The position numbers were made by a program, and so were the translations under genes. Positions 62,735-64,000 of a DNA stretch of 64,000 nt are shown in pieces. The DNA is from Bacillales bacterium UBA5348. Lineage in GTDB: Bacteria; Bacillota_I; Bacilli_A; RF39; UBA660. Within the stretch, counting starts at the first letter, position 1, and each line of letters starts with the position of its first letter. A model generated the notes under the pieces. The model was not told the origin of the DNA, ran no database searches, and worked only from the letters and a program-made list of their open reading frames with translations. Location: NCBI GenBank assembly GCA_002411005.1, contig DHQC01000009.1, positions 36,404-100,403 on the forward strand. The letters are read 5' to 3'.

Positions 62735-63724
62735 CTACTTAGAGAATGAATTATTTACTAAATCTTCAAATGGAGTCTTTTTATTTAATTCTCCAGCACT
62801 AATCATTATCTCTTGCAAATGATTGAATGACTGTTCAGTAAAGTTTGTTGTTTTTAACCATGCATCTTGATCTTTATATCTTTTGGTGACAGAAACTAAT
62901 TCGTTAAGTGTTAAATCTGGAAAAAATTTATATATACTATTAGCAATTTCTTCGTTACTTTTTTCATGAACAAATGTTAGTCCTTTATTTATAGCTTTTG
63001 TAAAGCCTTCAATAACTTTAGGATTATCTTCTATATAACTTTTTCTTGCGTTATAAGCGGTATATGGAACTTCTCCACCTAATTCTCCGATTGAAGCAAC
63101 AACGTAGCCGTAGCCCTCTTTTTCGAGCTGTAGAGCAACTGGTTCAAACAAAGTTACAAAGTCTCCAGTTCCACCAATAAATGCCCCCTGCATAGCAGCA
63201 AAAGCAATACTTGTATCAATTTTTAAATCAGTTTTAGGATTAATGCCATTTTGTTTTAAAGCCCACTCAAAGGTCATTTCAGGCATACCACCTTTTCTTC
63301 CACCGATAACATATTTTCCTTTTAAATCATTTAATGTGAAATTCTCTATTTTTTCGCGTGATACTAAAAATGAACCATCTCTTTTAGTAAGTCCTGCAAA
63401 GGTTACCATATAATCCTTTTCACCACTATTGTATACGTATAATGTAGCTTCGGGTCCGGAAAATCCTATTTGAACATCGCCGGATAAAACAGCAGCAGCA
63501 ACTTTATCAGCACCAGGTGTTAAAATAAGTTCAACATCCAGGTTTTCTTCTTCGAAATATCCCTCACTTAACGCTACATATTGTGGCGCATAAAAAACAC
63601 TATGTGTAACTTCTGCTAATTTAATTTTAGTTAAATCACTTTCTTTATTTCCTTTGTATATTATTGCTGAACCACATAACATAATTACAATTAAAACACC
63701 AAGTGATATAATAATTTTCTTCAC
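62735..63724 (-). CDS. ABC transporter substrate-binding protein (NMT1/THI5-like)
   Basis: N-terminal anchor, then AEVTHSVFYAPQYVALSEGYFEEENLDVEL, typical of the NMT1/SsuA-like fold. Confidence 0.75.
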   Translation of the reverse strand: MKKIIISLGVLIVIMLCGSAIIYKGNKESDLTKIKLAEVTHSVFYAPQYVALSEGYFEEENLDVELILTPGADKVAAAVLSGDVQIGFSGPEATLYVYNSGEKDYMVTFAGLTKRDGSFLVSREKIENFTLNDLKGKYVIGGRKGGMPEMTFEWALKQNGINPKTDLKIDTSIAFAAMQGAFIGGTGDFVTLFEPVALQLEKEGYGYVVASIGELGGEVPYTAYNARKSYIEDNPKVIEGFTKAINKGLTFVHEKSNEEIANSIYKFFPDLTLNELVSVTKRYKDQDAWLKTTNFTEQSFNHLQEIMISAGELNKKTPFEDLVNNSFSK

Positions 63725-64000
63725 TTTTTTACCTCCTTTATTCTAAAACATTATATTCCTTTTAGGAAAATGAGTGCTTGCTATTATAGAGTATTAGTAC
63801 TTGTTTATGAGCAAAATAGTTTGTAAAGGTATATATATGTTTTTAAAACAATAAAAATAATTTGATAATTACAGTACAATATTAAAAAGTTAAATATAAG
63901 AATAAGCACTTTAAAGATATCTTTTCAGCAAGTGTAGGAGAATAAAAGCAATTCAAAATGTTCGCAGCAAGTATATTATTTGTTGACAAAAACATTTAAT

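Noticed and set aside
63725-64000. Possible TPP or other riboswitch upstream of the NMT1/THI5-like ABC importer (minus strand)
   Set aside because: Reading the reverse complement, I could not find the conserved TPP elements (CUGAGA, ACCUGAUCUGGAUAAUGCCAGCG-like). I saw only an AT-rich leader with a TATAAT-like box. An Infernal scan would be needed to be sure.
1-64000. CRISPR arrays, rRNA genes or IS elements with terminal inverted repeats
   Set aside because: I saw no regularly spaced 25-40 bp repeats, no rRNA-like conserved blocks, and no transposase ORFs other than the disrupted serine recombinase.

Overview
AT-rich, Firmicutes-type chromosomal segment. GerQ and SpoIID-like genes suggest a spore-former, and TGA is used as a stop codon. 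About half the window is housekeeping: sodC-like, a three-gene CoA-enzyme activase set, rpsF-ssb-rpsR, DHH phosphoesterase-rplI-dnaB, yycJ-like-rlmH, tRNA-Gly, thiol/disulfide and sulfur-transfer genes, trmL, tRNA-Cys, plsC, mntR/mntH, a CIRCE-controlled hsp20, tsaEB-rimI-tsaD, and an NMT1-type ABC importer. Two accessory regions stand out. (1) At 15.9-20.3 kb, directly 3' of tRNA-Gly, lies a decaying Tn4451-like mobilisable element. Its large serine recombinase has a 1-nt frameshift plus an in-frame TAG, its tnpV has an in-frame TAA, and its MobC-like RHH gene is frameshifted. (2) At 29.5-52.2 kb lies an intact, tightly packed, co-directional 21-gene cluster. It joins a Tad/Flp-type pilus module (CpaB, CpaF/TadA, TadB, TadC, a 54-aa Flp-like ORF missing from the ORF track, two TadE-like proteins, a TadZ-like protein, and a 957-aa Cys/acidic-rich secreted protein) to a Gram-positive type IV secretion module. 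That module has three VirB2-like hairpin paralogs, VirB6-like, VirB3-like, a split VirB4, an M23+SpoIID fusion hydrolase and a VirD4 coupling protein. No relaxase, integrase or replication gene is visible. This hybrid cluster is the main candidate for an undescribed system. All functional calls come from motif and architecture recognition by eye; no searches were run.
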